A program made the position numbers and the translations under genes. Shown here in pieces: positions 7,608 through 16,356 of a stretch of DNA of 19,482 nucleotides. The stretch is from assembly GCA_963675525.2 (NCBI GenBank), contig CAXXSL010000010.1, forward strand, positions 1 through 19,482, in the 5' to 3' direction. Source of the DNA: Anaerohalosphaeraceae bacterium. GTDB lineage: Bacteria; Planctomycetota; Phycisphaerae; Sedimentisphaerales; Anaerohalosphaeraceae. Under the pieces are notes generated by a model. That model was not told the DNA's origin. It saw only the letters and a program-made list of their open reading frames with translations, and did not search any database. Position 1 is the stretch's first letter. Each line of letters opens with the position of its first letter.

Positions 7608-7745
7608 ATGAAAACCTAGGACCAATTCAAAACCTTTTACAGTGAAGAACTTCTGGCTGCGTGCCAACTATTCGAAGACCTGAGCATGGCCATGGGTATC
7701 ATTGATAATCTAAATCTCAACACGCGTATCTGGAAGAAGGAGTAA
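7608..7745 (+). pseudogene. Internally deleted relic of a DUF3137-like gene
   Basis: Frame reads MKT*DQFKTFYSEELLAACQLFEDLSMAMGIIDNLNLNTRIWKKE*. From memory the C-terminal LNLNTRIW and the MKT..F..FY start resemble the two ends of DUF3137 proteins; TAG at codon 4. Confidence 0.6.
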
Positions 7746-7821
7746 CCACTTTTTTGATCGACGGATGTACACGGGTTCTCACCGATTGCTTATATTATAG
7801 AGTTGACTGAGTTTTCCCCCG

Positions 7822-7849
7822 TGTCATTCCGAGCACCGTCGAGGAATCT
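7822..7849. repeat. REP-like short imperfect palindrome
   Basis: TGTCATTCCGAGCACCGTCGAGGAATCT resembles the widespread TGTCATTCCGAGC..CGAGGAATCT extragenic repeat type (ATTCC/GGAAT stem); single copy here. Confidence 0.5.
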
Positions 7850-7913
7850 AATTAAACAGCCATCCCAAATTGGGAACCCTTTGGTTTTACGTTTTACATT
7901 TTGTTTTTTTGAT

Positions 7914-9074
7914 CTATGCTCTGTGTCGTTTGACAAACATATTGCCGGGCAGTTGTTTGATGAGGCCTTTCAGCTGCAGGCTGATGACGGTGGCATTGAC
8001 CTTACCAGCCGGCAGGCGGGTGCCTGCGATCAGTTCTTCCAAATGGACCGGCTCACCGTCGAGAATTGCCAAAACCGCTTCTTCATCATCAGTCAAGTTC
8101 AAGCGTGACAGGTCGAACAGGCTGCCCTGTGCATTTTGTGTCGCGCGGCCGGCGGCATCTTCGGCGTATTCTTTCAAACCATCGCCAACGTGGCCGAGCG
8201 AGTCCATGATGTCTTCGATGTTTTCCACCAGCCGGGCGCCCTGTTTGAGCAGCTTATGACAGCCGGCACTCGTGGGCGAATCAACCCGGCCGGGAACGGC
8301 CAGCACCTCGCGGTCGTTTTCCAGCGCCGCCTGCGCCGAGATCAGCGCCCCGCTGCGATAGGTCGCCTCGACCACCAGCACGCCCATCGACAATCCCGCG
8401 ATAATTCGGTTGCGGGCCGGAAAGTTCTCCGACAGCGGCTCATACGTCAGCGGCAGTTCGCTGATAACGGCCCCGTTTTCGGCTATTTGAGCAAAAAGCG
8501 TTTCATTTTCCGGCGGGAATATATTGCTCAATCCGCATCCCTGCACGGCAATCGTCCGGCCCTTAGCCGCCAGCGCCCCGCGATGGGCCGCCGAGTCGAT
8601 CCCACGCGCCAGCCCGCTGACAATCGTGAATCCTGCCGAGGCCAGCAAATGAGAAAACCGGTTGGCCTGTTCGGTACCGTAATGACTGCACCGCCGGCAG
8701 CCCACAATTGCCATTGCCAGGTTATCGGCCCGCGTCAGCGTTCCTTTCACATACAGCACCGGCGGCGGGTCATAGATCGCCCGCAGCGCAGCCGGGTAGC
8801 GCTCGTCCTGCAAATGAATCAACCAGACGCCCTTCCTGGCGGCCATGTCAAGTTCTTTTGCGGTGTCGAAATCGCCCCGTGTGCGGGCGATCCTCTCGGC
8901 GGTTCTGGCCCCAATGCCCTCCACCTTCATCAATTCTTCTACTGAAGCGGCCAAAATTCGCTCGATATCGCCAAAATACGCCAGCAGCCGCTTAAACAAT
9001 GTCGGCCCCACTCCTTCGGCACGGATCAGCCGCAGCCAACGTTCGATCCGGGGACTGTTGTCGGGAATCGCCAT
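7914..9074 (-). CDS. dprA: DNA-processing protein DprA
   Basis: N-terminal HhH (VEGIGARTA), YP..L..IYDPPPVLY, IVSGLARGIDSAAH, FPARNRIIAGLS, SGALISA, C-terminal winged helix (LQLKGLIKQLPG). Confidence 0.97.
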   Translation of the reverse strand: MAIPDNSPRIERWLRLIRAEGVGPTLFKRLLAYFGDIERILAASVEELMKVEGIGARTAERIARTRGDFDTAKELDMAARKGVWLIHLQDERYPAALRAIYDPPPVLYVKGTLTRADNLAMAIVGCRRCSHYGTEQANRFSHLLASAGFTIVSGLARGIDSAAHRGALAAKGRTIAVQGCGLSNIFPPENETLFAQIAENGAVISELPLTYEPLSENFPARNRIIAGLSMGVLVVEATYRSGALISAQAALENDREVLAVPGRVDSPTSAGCHKLLKQGARLVENIEDIMDSLGHVGDGLKEYAEDAAGRATQNAQGSLFDLSRLNLTDDEEAVLAILDGEPVHLEELIAGTRLPAGKVNATVISLQLKGLIKQLPGNMFVKRHRA

Positions 9075-9115
9075 AAAATCTCCTTTTTAATGCCCTTTTT
9101 GAGTTTCCGGTAAAA

Positions 9116-9143
9116 ATTCTATTGAAAATTTTCCTTTTGTCAA
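9116..9143 (-). promoter_or_regulatory. Sigma-70 promoter for dprA
   Basis: TTGACA-N16-TAGAAT; AAGGAG SD 5 nt before the ATG. Confidence 0.65.
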
Positions 9144-9238
9144 GTCATACCCGAACCGGCCGGCTGAGAGTCCGATTGTCACGTGGGTCTTCGATATCCG
9201 CAATAATTCAAAACCTTATTCGTCTTGAAATAATTATT

Positions 9239-9267
9239 TTGACTTAGGTTTTTCCGGTTTCTATAAT
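9239..9267 (+). promoter_or_regulatory. Sigma-70 promoter for the uORF-SulP unit
   Basis: TTGACT-N17-TATAAT. Confidence 0.65.
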
Positions 9268-9328
9268 GACTTGTTTGCGGTTTATTTATAATCGCTCTAT
9301 CGTGTTTGTTTTGAGAACAGAAACTTTT

Positions 9329-9478
9329 ATGAAACCGAATCAAGTTAAACGTATTTGCAGGCTCTTCCATGAGCTTTCCTGCATGTCAACTTTTCCCACC
9401 CGACTCAACGAAACGGGAGCAACTCTGACACACACGCATATCAGCATCGATTCCGGTCCCCCCGGACAGTCTTTCTAA
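9329..9478 (+). CDS. Putative 49-aa leader peptide ending HTHISIDSGPPGQSF
   Basis: First ATG downstream of the 9239-9267 promoter; the stop overlaps a 10-bp hairpin; no clear SD. Confidence 0.4.
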   Translation: MKPNQVKRICRLFHELSCMSTFPTRLNETGATLTHTHISIDSGPPGQSF

Positions 9479-9500
9479 AATCTGCACGCCTGCAGATTTT
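9477..9500 (+). terminator. Hairpin / putative attenuator in the SulP leader
   Basis: Perfect inverted repeat AAAATCTGCA-CGCC-TGCAGATTTT; short T tract on both strands. Confidence 0.55.
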
Positions 9501-9607
9501 CACATTCCAACCTAATTGAATCCTTTCAGTGAAATCCATACGACGGTTTGGTCCGTTGCAGGGTTACTGACTATTCGACTGTTCATTATGACCCGGAGTC
9601 AATAATT

Positions 9608-11281
9608 ATGTTTAGTTCGCTTCGACCGGCCCTTTGGGAGGTCTTCCATAACGGTTATCATTTTCGTTCTCTGCCCAAAGATATTTTTGCGGGCATCATC
9701 GTCGGAATTGTCGCATTGCCGCTGTCGATCGCTTTTGTGATTGCTTCGGGCGTTAAGCCTGAGCAGGGACTGGTGACGGCTTTTATTGCAGGTTTTTTAA
9801 TCTCAATTTTCAGCGGCAGCCGCGTTCAGATCGGCGGTCCGACCGGCGCTTTTATCATTATTCTTTACAGTATCGTACAGAAATATGGGTACGACGGCCT
9901 TGCCACGGCAACCCTGCTGGCCGGGGTCATCCTGATCGTGATGGCACTGGCCCAACTGGGCGATGTGATTAAATTCATTCCATACCCGGTGACGATCGGC
10001 TTTACCAGCGGGATTGCACTGGTCATTTTCAGCACCCAGATCCCGGACGCGTTCGGCCTGAGCCTGTCGCAGGTGCCCGCACATTTCCTGCCGAAATGGG
10101 CCTGCTATGTCAGCCATCTGAGCACTGTCAATGTCTATGCATTGGGACTGACACTGGTAACGATTCTGCTGATTGTCTACTGGCCGCGTGTGACGCATAA
10201 GATTCCGGGAACTTTGGTTGCGATCTTCGTGACCTCAATCGCCGCACAGGTTTTCCATTTTCCGGTCGAGACCATCGGCTCGCGTTTTGGTGAAATCCAG
10301 ACTTCGCTTCCCCTGCCGCATCTTCCGCATATTGATTGGGCCAACCTGGGGGCGTTGTTTTCCCCGGCCATTTCGATCGCCCTGCTGGCGGGGATTGAAT
10401 CACTGCTGTCAGCGGTCGTGGCCGACGGTATGACGGGGTATCGCCATCGCTCGAATGCGGAACTGTTTGCCCAGGGAATCGCCAACATCGTTTCTCCTCT
10501 GTTCGGCGGCATTCCCGTTACCGGGGCAATTGCCCGGACAGCGACCAACATCAAAAACGGCGGCCACACTCCGATTGCCGGGATTGTACACGCGATTACA
10601 GTCCTTCTGATTTTCCTGTTTCTTGGCAAGCAGGCCGCACATATTCCAATGGCTGCACTGGCGGGGATTCTCATTATTGTGGCCTACAATATGAGCGAAT
10701 ACCACCTCTTTCTGAAACTGCTGAAAGGGCCGCGGAGTGACATCCTGGTTTTACTGTGTACATTCGGGCTGACCGTGCTTGTCGACCTGACGGTTGCGAT
10801 TGAGGCGGGTGTCCTGATGGCGGCGTTCCTGTTTATGCGTCGCATGATTCTTGTCACCGAGACGACGTCGATTAAGGAATCATTGATGAACGGAAAACCC
10901 GACAGTGAAGACCCGGACGCAACCAGCAGCAAGGTCATTCCGGATAATGTTGAGGTTTTTGAAATTAACGGCCCGTTCTTTTTCGGGGCCGCCGAGAAAT
11001 TTAAAAATACCCTGCGTGAGCTGAAAGAACAGCCGGCGGTCCTGATTTTGCGACTGCGTCATGTTCCCATGATCGATGCAACCGGGCTGCGGGCACTGGA
11101 AGAAATCATCCACCGCCATCATCATGAAAAAACCACCGTCATCCTTTCCGGGGTGCAGACAAACGTCCGTAAAAGCCTGCGTGATACCGGGCTGATTGAT
11201 ATGGTCGGCAAGAAAAACATCGTGTTCAATATTGATCAGGCCCTGATGCGAACCCAACAAATTCTCGAATTGGGTGACTAA
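9608..11281 (+). CDS. SulP/SLC26 family anion transporter with C-terminal STAS domain
   Basis: GIVALPLSIAF, QIGGPTGAF, FIPYPVTIGFTSG, AGIESLLSAVVADG, TGAIART, GPFFFGAA, IDATGL. ATG at 9608 preferred over the TTG at 9548. Confidence 0.95.
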   Translation: MFSSLRPALWEVFHNGYHFRSLPKDIFAGIIVGIVALPLSIAFVIASGVKPEQGLVTAFIAGFLISIFSGSRVQIGGPTGAFIIILYSIVQKYGYDGLATATLLAGVILIVMALAQLGDVIKFIPYPVTIGFTSGIALVIFSTQIPDAFGLSLSQVPAHFLPKWACYVSHLSTVNVYALGLTLVTILLIVYWPRVTHKIPGTLVAIFVTSIAAQVFHFPVETIGSRFGEIQTSLPLPHLPHIDWANLGALFSPAISIALLAGIESLLSAVVADGMTGYRHRSNAELFAQGIANIVSPLFGGIPVTGAIARTATNIKNGGHTPIAGIVHAITVLLIFLFLGKQAAHIPMAALAGILIIVAYNMSEYHLFLKLLKGPRSDILVLLCTFGLTVLVDLTVAIEAGVLMAAFLFMRRMILVTETTSIKESLMNGKPDSEDPDATSSKVIPDNVEVFEINGPFFFGAAEKFKNTLRELKEQPAVLILRLRHVPMIDATGLRALEEIIHRHHHEKTTVILSGVQTNVRKSLRDTGLIDMVGKKNIVFNIDQALMRTQQILELGD

Positions 11282-11429
11282 TAATTGAAAAAAAAGCTTC
11301 ACGGCACATAACCATTCGTTTAGAATATCCTTATTAGGAACCGAAATTACTGTCTATAAAAAAGTTTAAATTTACGGGCGCAAAGCGTTCAGGAGATGGA
11401 ATAAAATGTTTTTTTGGAGTTGAACCGAC

Positions 11430-11858
11430 ATGAAAACCCATCATGTTTATCTTAAGACTCTTGTCGCTTGCATAATCATGCTCGTATGCGGTTGCGGACA
11501 ATCAATCGACCGAAGTCAATCAATCTGCGTCCACGGTAATATTTTGTGCAAATTAATTGAAGTTGATGACCTTGGTTTTAATTATTCCGAAATTGTAATC
11601 TATTGCAGTGGTCAGTATACATGGGAAATAAAAACCGGAGCAGAGCAAAAAAGTTTTTCCGGCTTTGTTCTCGAAGACAATCTTGCTTTGATCCGAAAAT
11701 CGGCATTACACCACAAAAAGTTTAATATTTTGGATGATGTGCCTGTTTATAAATACGCCACATACGATTCTTTCACTCCCCATCCAGAAGGATGCGGGGA
11801 ATTTCTGGGATATCTTTGGCGTAAGCATATAACGCCCCAAAAGAATATCTATTATTAA
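11430..11858 (+). CDS. Hypothetical lipoprotein (AT-rich)
   Basis: GGAG SD; signal peptide with lipobox-like VCGC/CGCG. Confidence 0.65.
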   Translation: MKTHHVYLKTLVACIIMLVCGCGQSIDRSQSICVHGNILCKLIEVDDLGFNYSEIVIYCSGQYTWEIKTGAEQKSFSGFVLEDNLALIRKSALHHKKFNILDDVPVYKYATYDSFTPHPEGCGEFLGYLWRKHITPQKNIYY

Positions 11859-11881
11859 CTTTTTGATAGTTTGGATTATCT

Positions 11882-12724
11882 ATGCGTTTAAAAATATTCT
11901 TGGCATTTTCAATTATTTTTTTCATAAGCGGATGTCATTCCTCTTACGACAAAATCCTGATAGAAGACGAGCCTTTTTGCGGACCGCATCAAAAGGCGAG
12001 TACCTATGTTCAGTCACGCAGTTTTGCTACTGCAGTAAAGTCTATAGTCATTTACTTTGAATACAACGGCCAAAAAGAGAGAATCAAAGATATCACAAAA
12101 AAATCTGATTTATTCTTAAAAAGAATCGGTTATCAATCAATTATTAAACAAGCCGGTTTTCAGGATACTATCATCTGGTCACCTGACCAACAAATACCAC
12201 TCATAAAAGAAATCCTCAATGACTTTTCAACAGATATTAAGTATTCAAAAACAAAAACTATAATCTGTCTTGATCCCATTGTTGTATTAATCACAGATCA
12301 TCCACAATTAACGCTCCCATATCCCTTAATCGCTCTTACTCACCCTTACACAACAGAATTAGTCCCATGTGTTCGTCCCTTAAAATCTTATTACGGTAGA
12401 AATGGCGTATTCACAGATAGATCGGAGGGCCTTGGATTGCCATTCCTTGGTTTTATAAGCTGTCCTGAGCACAATCCCTCTTTGATTCTTAATCGAGGCT
12501 ATACATGCGGAGCAAAAGTCCAATACAGCAAAAATTGTCTTTGGTTTTCTCCTGATCTCGATGTACCCCCTACCCGACTTAAAGTAGACAATAACGGCTT
12601 TGGGTCTATCGTAGTTCCATGGGGCACATTAACCCTTCAACCGAGTGATGATCAATGGGTCATATCAACAACCAATAATCAAGGTATCCAGCGACAAACG
12701 CCGGTACAATTGAAAGCTCTATAG
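11882..12724 (+). CDS. Hypothetical lipoprotein (AT-rich)
   Basis: 280-aa ORF in AT-rich DNA; MRLK + hydrophobic core + ISGC lipobox. Confidence 0.75.
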   Translation: MRLKIFLAFSIIFFISGCHSSYDKILIEDEPFCGPHQKASTYVQSRSFATAVKSIVIYFEYNGQKERIKDITKKSDLFLKRIGYQSIIKQAGFQDTIIWSPDQQIPLIKEILNDFSTDIKYSKTKTIICLDPIVVLITDHPQLTLPYPLIALTHPYTTELVPCVRPLKSYYGRNGVFTDRSEGLGLPFLGFISCPEHNPSLILNRGYTCGAKVQYSKNCLWFSPDLDVPPTRLKVDNNGFGSIVVPWGTLTLQPSDDQWVISTTNNQGIQRQTPVQLKAL

Positions 12725-12728
12725 ATTT

Positions 12729-13520
12729 ATGCAAGAGATATCAATGCATGATTCAGATGGGTCATCGACGATTGACAATGGGCTGCGGAATGCGTGGCAG
12801 TGGATCGCCATGGTCACAATGCTGGCCGATCATGTGGGCTATTTGTATTACCAGGTTGGTTGGCTCCGATATGCAGGGCGGCTGGCAATGCCGCTGTACG
12901 CGATGCTGTTTATCATGACGATCCGCACAGGCCATGTAAAACACTGGCGGCTGCTGATTATCGCGACAATCTCGCAAATCCCCTACTCCTGCCTTTTTGC
13001 ATACTATTCATTCGACAAGCTCGATCTGAACATCATCTTTGGTTTTTATATTTTCTACTGGCTGACCATCACCATCGAAAAACGCAACTGGCTCGGGCTG
13101 TGCATCGTCGCCGCGGCCATGTGCATTCCCGTCGGTTATGGCTGGTACCTATATGCATCGATGGCCGCATTTTATTGGCTGGATAAAAAACGATACGAGC
13201 AATGGAGCATTTTTGCTCTCCTGACCATTGTTTATACGTATATGACCGGTATCCATCCGCGTCAACTGCTGGCAATCGTCTCGCCGTTTATTCGTGGGAT
13301 TCGCCTGCCTCGCCCGAATAAGTACCTGTACCGCTATTTTTACCCGGCCCATCTGCTGATTTTACTGATCATCAATATTTGCATCATGGGCTATGTCATC
13401 ACGCCTTTCGGTGAGTTCCCGAAATATGACCCGACCGACGACTGGCCGGAATATTACGAGTATGAGTATTACAATAATACCATCGAACTGAATAATACTT
13501 ATGAACGGCTGCAGCAATAG
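12729..13520 (+). CDS. TraX family membrane protein (putative acyltransferase)
   Basis: IAMVTMLADH, GRLAMPLY, ISQIPY, LNIIF, FYPAHLLIL match TraX family motifs; start may be 12744. Confidence 0.85.
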   Translation: MQEISMHDSDGSSTIDNGLRNAWQWIAMVTMLADHVGYLYYQVGWLRYAGRLAMPLYAMLFIMTIRTGHVKHWRLLIIATISQIPYSCLFAYYSFDKLDLNIIFGFYIFYWLTITIEKRNWLGLCIVAAAMCIPVGYGWYLYASMAAFYWLDKKRYEQWSIFALLTIVYTYMTGIHPRQLLAIVSPFIRGIRLPRPNKYLYRYFYPAHLLILLIINICIMGYVITPFGEFPKYDPTDDWPEYYEYEYYNNTIELNNTYERLQQ

Positions 13521-13530
13521 GTAACAAGCA

Positions 13531-13908
13531 ATGGATACGATCTGGAAACGATTTAAAGACAATGCCCGCGGCTTCTGGAAGGCCTATTGGCTGCTGCTGA
13601 TTTTGTTTTTCCTGGCACTGCTGGCCGATGGAGTCAGTACCATTCATTTTATGCTGGGCGATGGCGTTGAGGACACCGAACTGCATCCAGCCGTCAGCCT
13701 GGCGGCAAAAGTGCTGGGCCCGGTCGCCGGCCCGATCCTTGCCGTGATTGGTAAATTTTTAGCGGGGATTATCGTGGCCATCTACTGGCGGCGGATTGCC
13801 TGGATTATCCTGTCAGTCGTCATCATCATGTCCGCCTGGGCGGCGTGGTACAATCTCTGGGGATGGCAGTATTATGAACCCTCGGTCTATATCTGGTGGC
13901 CGCTTTGA
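13531..13908 (+). CDS. Small membrane protein, DUF5658-like
   Basis: Three to four hydrophobic helices with ADGVST, ELHP, a mid-helix K and a terminal WYN, the D..sT..E.NP..K..N pattern of DUF5658. Confidence 0.6.
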   Translation: MDTIWKRFKDNARGFWKAYWLLLILFFLALLADGVSTIHFMLGDGVEDTELHPAVSLAAKVLGPVAGPILAVIGKFLAGIIVAIYWRRIAWIILSVVIIMSAWAAWYNLWGWQYYEPSVYIWWPL

Positions 13909-13957
13909 TATTGATGAATGACGATTGTCGATTGATGATTTCAGTGGCATTGCCTGG

Positions 13958-15169
13958 TTAAGCTTTGGCTTTCATGAATCGCGTTACCAGCATCGCCGCG
14001 ACGGTGTCGCCGGAGGCGTTGATCATGGTAGCGGGCGGATCGACCAGCGTTCCCAGCATCGCGGCAATCGGCAGTGCCTCGGGGCCGAAGCCGTAGAGCG
14101 TTACGATCAGCATTTCGCCCAGGAATCCGCCACCGGTGATTCCGCTCATCACGACTCCGCACAGCAAGGCTATGCCGACTGCCCCTGCCAGTGTTTCGAT
14201 TCCGGTAAACGGCTTATTAAACAGGGCAAACAGCACCGCGATTTTTAAAATCGCCGCCAGGCAGGAGCCGTCCATGTGGATCGTTGCTCCCAATGGCAGA
14301 ACAATCTCCCGCACATCTTCAGGCACGCCGATTTTTTCGGCCGCTTCCATATTCGCCGGCAGCGCCGCCAGTGAACTGCCTGTGCCCCATGCCGTCAGTG
14401 ACGCCGGCAGAATATTGGTCCAGAACCGGCGGACCCCGCTGCCGCCCGCGGCGATAAATGCATAGATCGAAAAGCCGACAACAAAGTAAGCAAGTGCCAG
14501 CGGGTAATACAGCGCCACCACCCGACCGTAGGCTCCGACCAGCTTGGGGCCATTATCCGCAATCAGGAAGGCAAAGTAGGCCGCCAGCCCGATCGGCGCA
14601 TACAACATGATCAGTTTGATCACATGGCCCATGACCGCGGCGCCGGAAATGAGAAACTCCCGAAACGGTTTGCCCTTTTCGCCTACGGCCTGCGAAGCTA
14701 ATCCCACCATTACTGAAAAGATGATCAGTGCCAGGATGTTCCTGCGGCTCAGCAAGTCAGTAAAATCCGGTACTGAAATCGCCCGAACGATCTTTTCGGC
14801 CAGCGGTTCAACCTCTGCCTGCGGCGGCGCTGACAACTCCAGCGGCAAGCCGTCGGCCGGGTTAAACACCTTCACCGCCGCGATCATCAGGCACGCCGAG
14901 ATAATTCCCGTGATAATAAACACCACCAGCATCACCCGGTGATCCGGCCCAACCGCTTGAGATTGGAACTGGCCGCGACCGCCGACGCCATCGAAAAGAA
15001 AATCAGCGGCACCACGCCGTAAACAGCAGGTTCAAAAACAAATCACCAAGCGGCTTTATCTTAGCGGCCGTGTCAACACTGATCAAACACCCAGCACCGA
15101 CCCAAACGCCACCGACGCAACCAAAATAATCGTAAACCGCCACTGTTTCAAAAATTGTCTCATATCCAT
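13958..15169 (-). CDS. Dicarboxylate/amino acid:cation symporter (DAACS) with three -1 indels near the 5' end
   Basis: TGSSLAALP, LGATIHMDG, TMINASGD motifs. The N-terminus MDMRQFLKQWRF..IKPLGDLFLNLLFTAVVPLIFFS is recovered by adding one base at 15090-15092, 15015 and 14935-14937; AAGGA SD before ATG 15169. Confidence 0.9.
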
Positions 15170-15247
15170 TCAAACGATCCTTCAATTACTCCAAGCCCAT
15201 CACACACAACATCGCTATCATCCTACTTGTCAGAAAGCAAGATTCTT

Positions 15248-16251
15248 TTATGGAAGATGATTCCCAATGACTTCTCTGACGGCCTGTTCTCCCCCAGATA
15301 CATTACTAAAACGGTGATGGTATTTTTTTTTTGCGGCAGATGTGATGACTCAAATCCGACACCGGCGTCCACACCAACAATTTTAAAGATAGAATCATCA
15401 CACCGCTTGTAGACACCGCATCCATACCCATTTTTTCATTAAACCGGTGTTTTGTCTCCAAAAACGTTTTTGTTAGCCCAGGAGATAAAATATCAAAACC
15501 AAATAGGCCATTCCAAAAATTCTCCAAATCTTCACAGGTAGTATACATACCTCCGTCACCACCTCCACGTATTGGCAGATTATAAACGTTGGTTTGTGTG
15601 GTGTTTTTTTTATACCCAAGGGCTGTATTGTGAGGCAAATCGTTAAAGGCAAAAAAACCACTTCTGCTCATTTTGCTGGGGCCAAGAACTTCCTGTTTCA
15701 TGAAATCAACAAATTTTATTTTCGCTATTTTTTCGATCACGATCCCCAAAAGACATAGCCTCCGTTTGAATAAGAAATCTTTCTCCATGATTGAATTTCT
15801 TCTTTTCAAATTCAAATAAAGGAAAATAATCAGTAGGGTATTCTAGTTTGTTCCAGGGAATTTTCACATAGAAATTTTCGTAGTCTTCAATGACTTCTTC
15901 ATCTAAGTAGTCAAAAATTCCAGAAGTATGAGTGAGTAGTTCTTTGATCGTTGCTTCTGGATCCACAAATCCACAGTAGCTTTTATCGATGTCAGCGACT
16001 TTTGTGTCAAAAGAAAGAGCACCTTTTTCAATGAGTCTGCCTACGCCTAGAGCGGTGAAAAGCTTTGTCCGGAGGCAATGCCAAAACGAGTTTGTGAATT
16101 GTTTTGTAACTTTTCCGCGACATTACGATAACCCAACGCATCGATGAGGCCATCAAAGCCCGGCCCATTCAAAGAAACAACACCACTAAACTCTGTTTTT
16201 TCGCATTGTGGTTTTTAAGTTTTCTATCAAATCCTTAATCCATGCATCCAT
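15248..16251 (-). CDS. Serine hydrolase (beta-lactamase class C-like) broken by about six single-base indels; AT-rich
   Basis: Stitched frames give FSGVVS, TRFGIASGTKLFTA (SxxK), LLTHTSG, FSYSNGGY (YxN), GGGDGGMYTT, GYGCG, GVDAGV. GGAGG SD before ATG 16251. Pseudogene or sequencing error. Confidence 0.85.
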
Positions 16252-16293
16252 CCTTATTGCCTCCATAATTAACTTTGACCAAGCGAGATAACT

Positions 16294-16314
16294 ATAAGGG
16301 GTCAGACACTTTAT
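16294..16314. repeat. Short imperfect palindrome (GGGGTCAGACAC type)
   Basis: ATAAGGGGTCAGACACTTTAT; arms pair except for one mismatch and one G-T. Confidence 0.35.
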
Positions 16315-16356
16315 TTGTAAGTCCCTCTTCTTTTTTCGTTTTTTTATCGCAGTTTG

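Noticed and set aside
7384..7608. 74-aa minus-strand ORF upstream of fliA
   Set aside because: No SD or motif, atypical composition; probably spurious.
7650..7668. TTGGCACG on the minus strand as a sigma-54 -24 box for fliA
   Set aside because: The -12 position reads CAGA, not TTGC, and the site lies inside the DUF3137-like relic.
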